Source: Acidobacteriota bacterium
Lineage (GTDB): Bacteria > Acidobacteriota > UBA890 > WLXD01
Assembly (NCBI GenBank): GCA_965205505.1
Contig: CBDBHB010000005.1
Location: forward strand, 1-64,000
Direction of reading: 5' to 3'
DNA: 64,000 bases
The notes under the pieces were generated by a model. The model saw only the letters and a program-made list of their open reading frames with translations, searched no databases and was not told the DNA's origin. Position 1 is the stretch's first letter, and every line of letters begins with the position of its first letter. This document shows, piece by piece, positions 37,175-51,046 of this stretch. Made by a program: the position numbers and the translations under genes.

Positions 37175-37513
37175 ATGTCCCTTGACCTGCTAGCGATGCG
37201 CTCTGCCGGCATTGTGCCCGACCCGTCTAAAGAAGCCTGGACGGATCACGAGGCTTATCGACAGCTCTACGTCTCGATCATCACGCTTGCTATCAAGGAC
37301 TATGAGTTCCTGCGCCGCATCAACGGTCGTGTGAGCCTGTCGCCCTCTGAGCGCAAGAAACTCCGCGGCCTGACAGAAGACTCGGACCCGGTGGAGTTCT
37401 TCAACTCCCGCTGGTTCGAAGATATCTGCGGCATGATCGGCGTACATCCGCAGGCCATCCGCGAGCGCCTGGAGATCGAAAGCAACATGGATCTCCTCGT
37501 CGCGCTGCCGTAG
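37175..37513 (+). CDS. Small helical hypothetical protein resembling phage-associated proteins
   Basis: RBS GGAGG; L-x3-II-x2-AIKDY...FFNSRWFEDIC...IRERL. Confidence 0.6.
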   Translation: MSLDLLAMRSAGIVPDPSKEAWTDHEAYRQLYVSIITLAIKDYEFLRRINGRVSLSPSERKKLRGLTEDSDPVEFFNSRWFEDICGMIGVHPQAIRERLEIESNMDLLVALP

Positions 37514-37615
37514 TCGCTGCTACCATACGTAACCTTGGGAACCGTTGACAATCCTCTCAACGAACCCCCATCCTGCGGCAGTGTGATTCTCCTGCAACGC
37601 GCGGAGGTACGTAGC

Positions 37616-38198
37616 ATGCTCGAACGTTTCCGTCCCCTGCTGGTGGTCGTGCTCGCAACCGGGTTCTTGTTGGCGCCCGCCACGACGGCCTCACCGCAGG
37701 AGCAGTACGGGTTTACCGGCGAATGGGGGCAAATCGCCATAAGCGCAAGCGAGCTGCGGGGCATGGGGATCGAATGGCCGACGATAAGATCGCGATCGTC
37801 TGCTGCGGGGCCGGTCGCCGCGCTCATCATCGGGGCTAGGAGGTTTTCCGAGCCTGACGCTGGATCAAATCCCGGATTCCAGTCCTTTGAGCCCTTCGAA
37901 AATCTTTTCTTCTTTGGGCCAGACGAAGTCTTCGTTATCTTGGTCGTCGCGAACCTAGGAACCTCAACAGTAACCGGAGAGGTAACGATCAAGGTTAAAG
38001 GGCCGGTGAAGGACAAAGGCTCCCTAGACTGTCACGTTGCCGGGTGAATCCGGGTTGATGACCTTCTTGAGGCTGAACGCTCCCGACGAGGATGGCCTGT
38101 ACAAGCTCACCGGAAAGTTGATCGTTAAAAGCGTTGGCGGCTCCAAGACGGCGAAGGGCGCCTTCGGGATCACGGCAAGTGCCATCACTCGCCAATAA
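37616..38198 (+). CDS. Secreted Ig-like hypothetical protein (apparent frameshift near 38025)
   Basis: RBS GGAGG and signal peptide; after KDKGS a second frame continues TVTLPGESG...GLYKLTGKL...AITRQ to TAA 38196-38198. Confidence 0.55.
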
Positions 38199-38249
38199 CA
38201 GATTGGGAACCTCTGCTAGCGAGACCGCGGTTCAGCTAGCAGAGAGGGA

Positions 38250-38271
38250 TTGACAGAGGAGACATTTGTCT
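38250..38271 (+). promoter_or_regulatory. lexA promoter -35 (TTGACA) with candidate LexA operator AGACATTTGTCT
   Basis: TTGACA at 38250-38255; palindrome at 38260-38271; RBS AAGGAG at 38299-38304. Confidence 0.7.
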
Positions 38272-38310
38272 GGTTTAGTGTAGTGCTCGCCCACCAACAA
38301 GGAGCCCTAC

Positions 38311-39012
38311 ATGACGCCCAAGACCCCTCCGGGGCAGACACGAGAGCGCGTTTACCGCTTCGTTCGTGACCGGTTGCTGGCCGGCAACCCACCGACGATC
38401 CGCGAAGTTCAAGCGGCCTTCGGCTTCAAGGCGGTGGAGTCGGCTCGTGCCCATCTCAATACCCTGGTGCAGATGGGGCAGCTGATTAAGGCGAGGGGTA
38501 AGGCGCGCGGCTATCGCCTTCCCGACTCGCCGGCTCACGACGAACCCCCGGTGCAGGTGCCGCTGCTGGGGCGCGTTCCCGCCGGCCCGCTGAGCGAGGC
38601 GATCGAAGACATCGAGTCGTATCTGCCGGTGCGCCCGAAGTTTCGCGGCGTCGAGCTGTTCGCATTGCGTGTCGAGGGCGACTCGATGCGTGACGCCGGC
38701 ATCCTCGACGGCGACGTAGTGATCGTGCAGCGCCAGCCGACCGCCGACCCGGGCGACATCGTGGTGGCGATGGTCGGCGACGAAGCCACCGTCAAGACTC
38801 TCTATGTCGAGGGTCGGCGCGTCGAACTGCGACCGCAGAACCCGGAGTATGCGCCGATCGTTCCCGACCCGGCAGAGCTCCGTGTGCTGGGCAAGGTGCT
38901 CGAGGTGCGGCGCCACTTCGACGAGAACCCCTTCCGGGCCGCGCTGGCGCGGCGTCACGCCCAGGCTTCTACTAGCGAAAATGCTTCTAGTGGACACGGC
39001 GCGCGTGCATGA
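38311..39012 (+). CDS. lexA: LexA repressor
   Basis: PPTIREV-x4-GF HTH, cleavage site VPAG, catalytic GDSM and ATVK. Confidence 0.93.
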   Translation: MTPKTPPGQTRERVYRFVRDRLLAGNPPTIREVQAAFGFKAVESARAHLNTLVQMGQLIKARGKARGYRLPDSPAHDEPPVQVPLLGRVPAGPLSEAIEDIESYLPVRPKFRGVELFALRVEGDSMRDAGILDGDVVIVQRQPTADPGDIVVAMVGDEATVKTLYVEGRRVELRPQNPEYAPIVPDPAELRVLGKVLEVRRHFDENPFRAALARRHAQASTSENASSGHGARA

Positions 39013-39692
39013 CATCGATGTCCGCGCAGATTTTGCCTGTCCCGCCCGGTGTTGTACGTGCCGTTCGGCTCGGCGCCGGCGCCTCCATTGCGCCGGCTCC
39101 GGCAAGCTGGAGCTTGCAGGAGCTGCGCGGGCGCCTGGTGGAGATCTCCGGCGTAGGCAATAGCGCCTGCCTCACTCTCGCCTTCTCCGTCGTGCTCGAT
39201 GCCCAGCATCAGCACGAGACGGTCGCCTGGGTAACCCGTACCGAGAGCTGCTTTTTCCCCCTCGACGCCTGGGCCAGCGGCGCCGATTTGCAGGCCTTGG
39301 CGGTAATCCGTCTTCCCGGCGATCGGGCGATCATACGCGCTACTGATCGACTGGCACGCTCCGGCGGATTCGGTTTGATCGTCTTCGATCTCGGCTCCGG
39401 CAGCGACAAAGCCACCGCTCTGGGCCGAGCCCCCTTACCCCGAATATCGTCTGCCATGCTGGCACGCCTGCGCAGCCTCGCCCACCGACACGACATGGCA
39501 GTGTTGTGCCTGACGCGCAAAAAGACCCATGCCTCATCGCTCGGCTCCATGGTTTCACTGCGCGCCGAGGCCCGTCGCGACCGCCTCGAGGCCGACCGCT
39601 TCACCTGTACGGTGAACGTCCTCAAGGACAAGCAACGCGGCGCCGTCTGGAGACATGACGAAGTGCTGCGCGGTCCCGACGGCCTGCAATGA
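39009..39692 (+). CDS. imuA: ImuA / RecA-like mutagenesis protein
   Basis: GRLVEISG with degenerate Walker A, SGGFGLIVFDL, SLGSMVSLR; lies between lexA and imuB. Confidence 0.75.
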   Translation: MTSMSAQILPVPPGVVRAVRLGAGASIAPAPASWSLQELRGRLVEISGVGNSACLTLAFSVVLDAQHQHETVAWVTRTESCFFPLDAWASGADLQALAVIRLPGDRAIIRATDRLARSGGFGLIVFDLGSGSDKATALGRAPLPRISSAMLARLRSLAHRHDMAVLCLTRKKTHASSLGSMVSLRAEARRDRLEADRFTCTVNVLKDKQRGAVWRHDEVLRGPDGLQ

Positions 39693-39695
39693 GCA

Positions 39696-41534
39696 ATGAC
39701 TCGATCGCACCGCGAAGCACCGTTGTCGCCGCGTGCCGAGCGCTTTTACCAAGCGCTAACCGGAGCCCCGCCGCGACTGGTCTCACTACAAAGCGACTCA
39801 CTACGAACCGACTGGAACGCACACAGCAAGGCTGAAAAAACGGGCCCCAGGGAGGGAGGCACCCCCCACGAGGAGAGGGCACTCGACGCCCTCTCCTCTC
39901 GCAGTGGGAGTGGTTCAGATGCAAAGCGGCACGATAAAGCCGACGCCCTCCCCTCTCGCGGCGGGAGCGCGTCAGATACAAAGCAGCGTGATGAAGGCGA
40001 CCATTGGGGGTCGTCGAAGAACGCTAACGCAGTAGATGATGTGCTCCCGCCGCGAGAGTGGGGGTGTGTGGATGTGCCGGCGCTGCCCCTTCAGCTCTTG
40101 GCTCAACGACATCCGGAATGGGTTGATCGACCCATGGCCGTGGTGGCCGAGGATCGTCCACAGGGGCTGATCCTGTGGGTCAACGAGCGTGCCTATCGAG
40201 CTCGTGTATTATCAGGGTTGCGCTACGCGGCGGGGCTGTCGATTTGCCGTGAGCTGTGCGCCGGAGAGGTGCCGCAGGAAGAAGTCGACACCGGTGTAGA
40301 GCGCTTGATCAAGCTGCTGCGCACGTTCAGCCCAGGAGTTGAACCGAGCGAAGACGAGCCGGGCGTCTTCTGGATCGATGCCTCAGGGTTACTCGGGCTG
40401 GAACGCTCGCTCGAGAACTGGGCCGAACGGATCCGCGAGACACTGTGGAAGCACCACTTCGTAGCTCACGTCGCGGTGGGGTTCTCACGCTTCGGCGTTT
40501 ACACGTTGGCGCGCTGTGCTCGCGGCAGCGTGGTTTTCGAAACTCCTGAACACGAGCACCGTGCAATGCGAAATGTGCGACTCGATCGCCTGCACCTGGA
40601 CGCCAAGCTCCGGGACAAACTCGCCAAGCTCAGCGTACATACCGTGGGCAGTTTTCTCGGCCTCCCCGTCGATGGCCTAGCGCGCCGCTTCGGGCCCGAC
40701 GCGTTGCACCTGCATCGACTCGCCTCCGGCTCCCTTGCCACACCGCTGGATCCGGTGCCATACGACAAGCCGATCGATGCATGGATCGAGCTCGAGCATC
40801 CCGAGACCGATGCCCTGCGGCTGACCTTTATCATCAAACGCGTGCTGCCCGCGCTGCTTCACCGCGCTGCCGCATATGGACATGGGTTGTCGGCGCTGAA
40901 CATCGATTTGCTTCTCGACAACACCCGCCACGACGAAGTCGCCGTGCGCACCGCGGAGCCGACTCTCGACGCCGCGCAAATCCTCGACCTGGTGCGTCTC
41001 AAGCTCGACACACTGGAGCTTTCAGCTGGCGCGGTGGAGATCCGTCTCAACGTCGACTCGACACCCACCGGCAAAGAGCAGCTCGGGTTGTTCTCGGAAA
41101 AGCCGCAACGCGATCTTGCCGCTGCCAACCGCGCGTTTGCTCGGCTACGCGCCGAGTTCGGGCGCCTTTCAGTGGTATGGCCGCGGCTGCATCGTGCCCA
41201 CCTGCCAGAGGCGACCTTTAGCTGGGAACCGCTCGAGGGCGCCCGAATTCCAGCACCTCGCAACGCACGACAGCGGCCGCTCATGCGACGCATCTTCGAC
41301 CGTGCCGTTCCCTTACCCCACAGAGGCAACCACGAGCCCGACGGGTGGCTGGTACGTGGGCCCGAACAGGGTCCGATGCGGAAGATCTTCGGCCCCTACA
41401 CCGTCTCCGGTGGCTGGTGGGTTCGCGAGGTACGCCGCGACTATCACTTCGTGGAAACCCAGAAGGGCGACGTGATGTGGGTGTTTTACGACCGCCACCG
41501 CCGACGATGGTTCTTGCAGGGCCAGGTGGAGTAA
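39696..41534 (+). CDS. imuB: ImuB inactive Y-family polymerase-like protein (low-complexity N-terminal extension; start uncertain)
   Basis: CVDVPALPLQ, FSPGVE...FWIDASGL, QLGLF clamp motif, GPY-x2-SGGWW, RDYHF, WFLQG. Confidence 0.85.
   Translation: MTRSHREAPLSPRAERFYQALTGAPPRLVSLQSDSLRTDWNAHSKAEKTGPREGGTPHEERALDALSSRSGSGSDAKRHDKADALPSRGGSASDTKQRDEGDHWGSSKNANAVDDVLPPREWGCVDVPALPLQLLAQRHPEWVDRPMAVVAEDRPQGLILWVNERAYRARVLSGLRYAAGLSICRELCAGEVPQEEVDTGVERLIKLLRTFSPGVEPSEDEPGVFWIDASGLLGLERSLENWAERIRETLWKHHFVAHVAVGFSRFGVYTLARCARGSVVFETPEHEHRAMRNVRLDRLHLDAKLRDKLAKLSVHTVGSFLGLPVDGLARRFGPDALHLHRLASGSLATPLDPVPYDKPIDAWIELEHPETDALRLTFIIKRVLPALLHRAAAYGHGLSALNIDLLLDNTRHDEVAVRTAEPTLDAAQILDLVRLKLDTLELSAGAVEIRLNVDSTPTGKEQLGLFSEKPQRDLAAANRAFARLRAEFGRLSVVWPRLHRAHLPEATFSWEPLEGARIPAPRNARQRPLMRRIFDRAVPLPHRGNHEPDGWLVRGPEQGPMRKIFGPYTVSGGWWVREVRRDYHFVETQKGDVMWVFYDRHRRRWFLQGQVE
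39885..40001 (+). repeat. 57-bp imperfect tandem repeat (2 units)
   Basis: Encodes DALSSRSGSGSDAKRHDKA / DALPSRGGSASDTKQRDEG; units start at 39885 and 39942. Confidence 0.75.
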
Positions 41535-41647
41535 TGAAGTTGGTCTCTGGAGCTACTCAGCCGCCGGGCCTCGTGGCGCCAGGTGGAAGCGAAACCGGAG
41601 AGCGGCGAGGGACCATCGTGTCTGGACGGTGCCAGGCACCCAGTTGA

Positions 41648-44547
41648 CTAGCTCCCCTGCCGGCGGACCTTCTGTGCTTCGATCTCGCGCTCGCGCTCCA
41701 GCAGCGGCTTGCCGCTTGTGATCCAGTCCGGGGCATCCTCGCCCTGCAGAAAGTGTCCGAACCAGGCGAGCACGCGGTGGTGGTAGTCGATCTGGTTGTT
41801 TTTCTGTCGCGCGCTGTGGTCCTCGCCGGGATAGACCAGCATCACCAGGAACTTTCCGGCGCGACGGGCATAGTTATACATCTCCACACCCTGATGCCAA
41901 TCGACCACGCCATCCTCGTCGCCGAAGAAGATCATCATCGGCGTTTCGAGGTCGGTGATATGCATGATCGGCGATTCGCGTACGTAGGCCTCCAGGTCGT
42001 CCCAGTAGGGCACCTCCATACGCGCCTGGCCCGTCTCGAAGTGATCAGTCTCCGGCAATCCCGGATTCCAGTGCACGGTGCCGAACATCGAGAAGAAGTT
42101 GGTCAGCGGCGCACCGGCAATCGATGTCGCGAACAAGTCGGTCTGCGTGGGCACGAAGCTCGCTTCGTACCCTCCCCAGGAGTGCCCCACTAACCCGACG
42201 TGCTCGGCATCGATCATCCCGGTGGCAATCGCTGCCTGCACCGCGGGCACGATGCACTCCACCGCCGATGTCCCCGGGCGCCGGTTTCGATACACGATGT
42301 CGGGCTGCAGCACGAAGTAGCCCTCGGCGGTGAACACCGTGGGGTTGTACGGGCTGCGCTCGGAGGGCACCGAGTAGTTGTGCACCGTCTGCGACAGCCG
42401 CTCGTATACGTACACGATCATCGGGTAGGTCTTGCTCGGGTCATAGTCGGCCGGATAGAGGAGCACGCCCTGCAGCTCACGCCCCCAGGCGCTTTGGTAC
42501 TCGACGAGCGCAGACCGACCCCAGGCGTAGTCGCTCTGGAAGGCGTTGGTGGCAGTCAGCTGGCGCGCCGCGCCCAGGTCGAAATCGCCGACGAACACGT
42601 CCGGCGAGTCGTCGAACCCCTGTACGACGTACGAGTAGGTGTCTGCCTCCGGCGCCTTGGCCAACCGAACCGACGTTCTTGTCGAGCCACACGAGACGGT
42701 CAGTGCCGGCGCCCGACGCGCCCTCGTCACCGCGCCCCAAGCTGGCCACCGCAAGCCCGTACTTCTTGCTGCGCTCTCCGTACAGCTGCAGCCAGATGCG
42801 CTCGGAGCTCAGCCCGCGCTCCTGAGCATCGACAATGCCGTCGGCATCGGAGTCGACGTCGCCGCCGACGTCGATAGCTCGATGCCGCACGAGCTCCCCG
42901 GCACCCTCGGTGATCTTCTCCGCATCGCCGCCATCAGGCGCTACCGCCCAGACGTCGTATTCGTCGTACAGCAGCACCGCACGGTCGCCGGCCAACCACC
43001 CGCCGTTGCCCCACGGGGGCTGCTGGGCGCGCACTGGGGTGTCGTAGTCATGGTTGACGAACGAAACCGGCAGCGCAGCTGTCAGGTTGCGTTGCGCGTC
43101 GGTCTCGATGTCGTAGGACCAGAAGTGGTCGTCCTTGTAGTAGAGCAGGTATCGACCAGTGGCGCTGTCGCCATAGAAGTACCCCACGTCCTCGACCACC
43201 TTGCGGCGATCGCCGCTGGCGATCTCGATCAGCCAGATGTCGTTCCAGTCGCGATCGAACATGTTGCGAAACCGGTAGGCCTGTCGATCGGTTTGGGTGG
43301 CGAAGCGCTGCCCCTCGAGCACCGTAACGGTCTCGTTCACGTCGGTGCCGAGGCGCACGAACCTGTCTTCGTCGAGACGCCACGCCGCTAGGTAGCCCGC
43401 CTGCGCGTTGCGCTCCTTGCGCAACCCGTTGCATGGGAATGACCTGTTCGTCGTCGGAGTGCCAGACCTCGACCGCCGACGGCTCGACCGGCTCGGAGTC
43501 TTCGTCGCTGTCAGCCTCATCGCTGGTGCCGGGATCCTCGTGCCACTCCTGGATGGCAACGAAGAGCATCGTTCCGTCTTCAGACCAGCTCGGCGCCTCG
43601 TGCGATGAGACGCGCATGCCGGCGATGAAGTCGGTAGCGGTGGTCGGGTCGTACAGCAGCATGGTGTCGTCGCCGTCGAGGTCACGCCAGCCAACGATCG
43701 CGTGCGTGGGTCCGTCGAAGTCCTCGTCGTCGATCGAGCGCAGGAAAGCAAGGTCCGCGGCCGTATCGCGCCATGCAAGACCCCGGAACGTCGCGCCTGC
43801 CTCCGGTGCGGAATCGAGCACGCGCAGACTGCCCGTGGCTGCGTCGTAAAGCTGTACGCCGTTGCCCAAGCCGTCATCCGTCTCGATCGCCACCGCCAAT
43901 TGGCTGCCGTCGGTCTGCCAGGCATACTCGGCGACATTACCGATGGTGAGCTCGGCGCCGCCAGCCAGCCCACGAACCACGAGGTCGGCACCGCGGCGAT
44001 CGGTGTCGGACTCATCTTCGGACGAAGGCGGGTAGCGGTGCATGGCGACATACGCGCCGCCGGCGCCGAAGCCGAAGCTCGCCACTCGATCGACGATCTC
44101 CGCCTCTGCGCTGCTCAGACGCAGCAACCCAAGACTGTCTTCAATCGGCTCATCTTGTTCTTGGAGCTGCTCACGAGCAGATTCCGAGTGCCCGACGCGG
44201 TACGCCAGCCAGACAGAATCCTCGGAGAACACCGGATCGCGACCTTCCTCGGCAACCACCAGGCTGCCAGCGTCGCTAACCGAGTAGGTACGTAGCTCGC
44301 TGGTTCCATCGACGCGCGTGATCGGCACCGCCAGCCACCCGCCATCCGGAGACAGTGGCGTGCGGGACCCGAGGCGCTCGAACCTACCATAGTCGCCTGG
44401 GCGCACCGGTTGCTTGGCTGCCGGTTGCGCACTGTCCTCCTGCGCCTGCAGGATCGCGGCACCCGGCACCAACGTCAGCGCCAGCGCGACCACGATCGGC
44501 CGGGATGATCGGGGAAGCTGCCAATGCCGCCAAGAAGTTCGTCGCAT
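41648..44547 (-). CDS. S9 prolyl oligopeptidase/dipeptidyl-peptidase-like (apparent +1 frameshifts near 43422 and 42668)
   Basis: Signal peptide, beta-propeller repeats, GHSWGG nucleophile, DGVV, EDH; three consecutive frames join. Confidence 0.85.
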
Positions 44548-44560
44548 GGGTTACTCCCGT

Positions 44561-45352
44561 CTACTCGAGTAGATCGTACGATTCGAGTTGCCAGCCGCTC
44601 CCCAGGGCGCGGCCGCGGTCATAGCTGAGCATGCGGATCTTGTAGGGGGGCTCGGCGCTGAGCCAGTAGTCACGCATGCGGCCATCGTGGAACCGTATCC
44701 GCACCACGGTGGTATCGAACTCGCCCGCGGCGAGCTCCAGTCGCGTCGCACCGAGCACACGAAACTGTGCCCAGAGCTCCTCGGGCACGACCATGTTGTT
44801 CCACGCCAGCCGGCCGATCGATCCTGGGCCCAGCCGTAGCGCCGCCAGCGGCAGCTCCAGCACCGAGGCCTCGAACGGCCGCAGCTGGTACTCGAAGTCG
44901 TGCCGGGTCGACGCACCAGCGGCATTGCGTACCGTCGCCTGGATGCGGTTGCCGACGAAGATGAAACTCTGCCCGCCGCCCCGCGGAATCGAGAACGAGC
45001 GCCGCACCGGAGCCAGAGTGGTCGCTTCGAGGATTACGCGATCGTCGACGCCCGTACTCGAGATCGACAAGGTGATCTGTATGCGTTTCAGCCCATCCTC
45101 GGTCGACTTCACCGTCATCGTTGCCTCGCCGTCTGCCAGCGGTACGCCCACGATCGAGTTCCAGCGTTCATAGGTGGCCCGATACGGGCGCACGAACATC
45201 GACGCCACACGGTCGTCGCCGGCGCCGATCACCACGGCGTCTTCGGGCACCGGCACGAATGAAGGCAAGCCGCTGAGGGCGACGAACAGGATGCCTACGC
45301 CGAGCGCGATCAGCGCCAGCAGCACGAGGAGGCGGATCAAGATGCGCTTCAT
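44561..45352 (-). CDS. Membrane-anchored beta-rich hypothetical protein (DUF3108-like)
   Basis: MKRILIRLLVLL leader; AGEFDT...YWLSAEPPY. Confidence 0.55.
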   Translation of the reverse strand: MKRILIRLLVLLALIALGVGILFVALSGLPSFVPVPEDAVVIGAGDDRVASMFVRPYRATYERWNSIVGVPLADGEATMTVKSTEDGLKRIQITLSISSTGVDDRVILEATTLAPVRRSFSIPRGGGQSFIFVGNRIQATVRNAAGASTRHDFEYQLRPFEASVLELPLAALRLGPGSIGRLAWNNMVVPEELWAQFRVLGATRLELAAGEFDTTVVRIRFHDGRMRDYWLSAEPPYKIRMLSYDRGRALGSGWQLESYDLLE

Positions 45353-45525
45353 CCGAAGATCTCGGGTGAGGTGAAGGGGTGCGGTAGAGGCACATCTTGC
45401 TACGCGATCACCGGCGACGGTAGCTGGGTGGCGTTGCACTCGCCCGTGCACGCAATGCGTAGCCAAACGGGCCTCCACAGCACACCTCGGGCCACCGAGG
45501 CAATTCAACTTCGTAGATCTAGATT

Positions 45526-45543
45526 AACAGACATTTGTCTGTT
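45526..45543. promoter_or_regulatory. Candidate LexA operator upstream of dnaE2
   Basis: AACAGACA-TT-TGTCTGTT has perfect 8-bp arms, and its core is identical to 38260-38271. Confidence 0.72.
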
Positions 45544-45630
45544 TAAATAGGCGACTTCCTCGAGAGCCCGAAATACCAGGCTGAAGTCCTGACTTTGGCC
45601 CGGCTCACCCGAACCTCACGGCCCGCTTCC

Positions 45631-49077
<3,447 letters not shown>

Positions 49078-49094
49078 CTCACCATCCCGCTACG

Positions 49095-49114
49095 CTAGTG
49101 TCCTGTAACAGAGG
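49095..49114 (+). repeat. Second family of solo IS/MITE-like ends
   Basis: CTAGTGTCCTGTAACAGAGG; related copies at 63674, 30362, 13931 and 15821-15830 (minus). Confidence 0.55.
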
Positions 49115-49208
49115 TGCCTCGAGGCCCGTCGAGCGCGTCGATCGGATGCCCTACTGTGGGTCACCACACTCCGCGCGCCGCAGAATCACGACACGTTAGG
49201 TAAGAGTC

Positions 49209-49604
49209 ATGTCCCACCTGCAACTCGTAGCGCTCGTCGTCAAGGAATACCAGCCCGCTATCGACTTCTTCATCAACGTCCTGCAGTTCGATCTGGTCGA
49301 GGACGTCCCGTCTTTGACGAACGATGGTCGCCCCAAGCGTTGGGTGGTAGTGCGTCCAATGGGTGGTGAGACCGGTATCCTGCTGGCGCGAGCCGATGGC
49401 GATGACCAAGCCGAGGTCATCGGCAATCAGTTCGCTGGGCGCGTCGGTTTCTTCCTGAGAGTTGACGACTTCGACAAGGTCTACGATCGCATGGTGGGCG
49501 CTGGCGTAGAGTTCGTGTCGCCTCCCCGTATCGAACCCTACGGCCGGCTTGCCGTTTTTCGGGACATCGAGGGAAACCGTTGCGATCTCCTCGGCGACGC
49601 GTAG
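49209..49604 (+). CDS. VOC/glyoxalase family protein
   Basis: VALVV-x4-PAIDFF, KRWVVVRP, GNQFAGRVGFFL, EPYG...VFRDIEGN. Confidence 0.85.
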   Translation: MSHLQLVALVVKEYQPAIDFFINVLQFDLVEDVPSLTNDGRPKRWVVVRPMGGETGILLARADGDDQAEVIGNQFAGRVGFFLRVDDFDKVYDRMVGAGVEFVSPPRIEPYGRLAVFRDIEGNRCDLLGDA

Positions 49605-49838
49605 TCGAAGATGAATTCTCTACATCAATGCTGTCGTTCAGGGCGTTCCGAGAGGTTCCTCGCCTTCGACTCGCTAGGCGACGACCAGGACTACTGGTAA
49701 CGGGCCGCGGAAGCCGGCTGTGCCCGAATCGACGAACTGACCGCGGCGCGGCGCGAGATCATCGTCGCGCCCGTCGCGGAGCTGTCGGTTCGATGAGACG
49801 ATGCCTAGCAGGCCGTGGGGAAAGGCCACGAGGTGACA

Positions 49839-50304
49839 ATGGCGAGTGTTGACGTCTCTACGGAAGTCGTGATTGATCGCCCTCGCGACCAGGTGGCTAG
49901 GTACGCCGCCGATCCGGACAACGTAGCGGAGTGGTACGCCAACATCAGATCTGTCGTATGGAAGACGGATCGACCCGCCGTGCTCGGGTCGCAAGTTGCG
50001 TTCGTGGCTCACTTCCTCGGACGCCGTCTCGAATATACGTACGAAATCGTCGAGCGGATCCCTGGAGAAAAGCTCGTGATGCGAACGGCGCTGGGGCCGT
50101 TCCCGATGGAGACGACGTACACGTGGGAAGCCATCACCGAATCGTCAACGCTCATGACGCTGCGAAACCGTGGACGTCCGGCCGGATTCTCGGCGCTGAT
50201 GGCACCTCTACTGGCCTTCATGGTGCGACGGGCTACCCGCAAAGACCTGGCACTTTTTGAAACGATTACTCGAAGATGAGCCCGCTGAGCCGGATCCTTC
50301 GTGA
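49839..50304 (+). CDS. SRPBCC family protein (extra T in the T5 run near 50256)
   Basis: YAADPDN-x2-EWY, FLGRRLEYTYE, GPFPMETTY. Removing one T gives KDLALLKRLLE...PS-TGA. Confidence 0.8.
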
Positions 50305-50332
50305 GCAGAACAAATACATACAGGAGAACGGC

Positions 50333-50392
50333 ATGAGCGCCTTCGACAGCGCCAGGAGAATCTTCGAGGCGTGTGAAAACCCAGCAAGATGA
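50333..50392 (+). pseudogene. 5' fragment of a gene (SnoaL/ester-cyclase-like start)
   Basis: RBS AGGAG, MSAFDSARRIFEACENP, then a stop shortly before a MITE-end sequence. Confidence 0.35.
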
Positions 50393-50412
50393 GTAGCGAG
50401 GCTTCCTCGCCA

Positions 50413-50907
50413 ATGCACTTCCACCACGGCCTGTATGAGGTCCACCTCGCCGTCACCGACGTGGGTCGCTCCATCGACTTCTACGTGCAGAAGCTGGGGT
50501 TCGAATTGGGCTTCGGCGGGAGAGGCGGACCAGGCACCCTACTCCGTTTCATCGATGGCGACACGCGCTGGATGCTCGGGCTCTTCCAGGTGGATTCCGT
50601 AGTGCGACGCCACGCCGCCGACTGCCATATCTCGTTCCGTATCGCTGAGGAGAACATCGACGGGATGATTCCCTATCTACGGGAGCGTGGAATCGAGGCG
50701 ATTCATCCTCCCACTGCGCCTCAACAAGGGCCGATGCACGAGCCCATCGTGCATGGCTGGATGCCGGCGGCGGCTGTTTTCTTCCTAGACCCGGACGGTC
50801 ACCTGCTCGAGTTGATCGCTGACCTGACCAATGAGCCGCGACCGGAGGTACTCTACCAACCGCTTAGCCAATGGTGGACCCTCGTCGAGAGCGAACGACC
50901 AGCGTGA
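50413..50907 (+). CDS. VOC/glyoxalase family protein
   Basis: GLYEVHLAV-x-D-x2-RSIDFY, MLGLF, HISF, EPIVHGWMPAAAVFFLDPDGHLLE. Confidence 0.85.
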   Translation: MHFHHGLYEVHLAVTDVGRSIDFYVQKLGFELGFGGRGGPGTLLRFIDGDTRWMLGLFQVDSVVRRHAADCHISFRIAEENIDGMIPYLRERGIEAIHPPTAPQQGPMHEPIVHGWMPAAAVFFLDPDGHLLELIADLTNEPRPEVLYQPLSQWWTLVESERPA

Positions 50908-51046
50908 TCCCGTTGCCCATTCAATCGCTTCTCCTGTTCGTGACGCTCATGTTCGGGCCAGCAGGATTCTTGACGTACTGGCTCATCCGGATTGCACGGA
51001 GCCGAGGCAGCGACCTTGGCGCGACGCTGCGAGGCTGTTGCGGTGA
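50904..51046 (+). pseudogene. C-terminal fragment of an ABA4-like/DUF4281 membrane protein
   Basis: IP-x2-IQSLLLFVTLMFGPAGFLTYWLIR; the N-terminal part is absent. Confidence 0.45.

Noticed and set aside
38211-38244. CTCTGCTAGC/GCTAGCAGAG inverted repeat as a terminator or LexA site
   Set aside because: No U-tract and not repeated at dnaE2; function cannot be assigned.
42660-43430. Programmed frameshifting in the S9 peptidase
   Set aside because: No slippery heptamer, and similar indels are scattered through unrelated genes.
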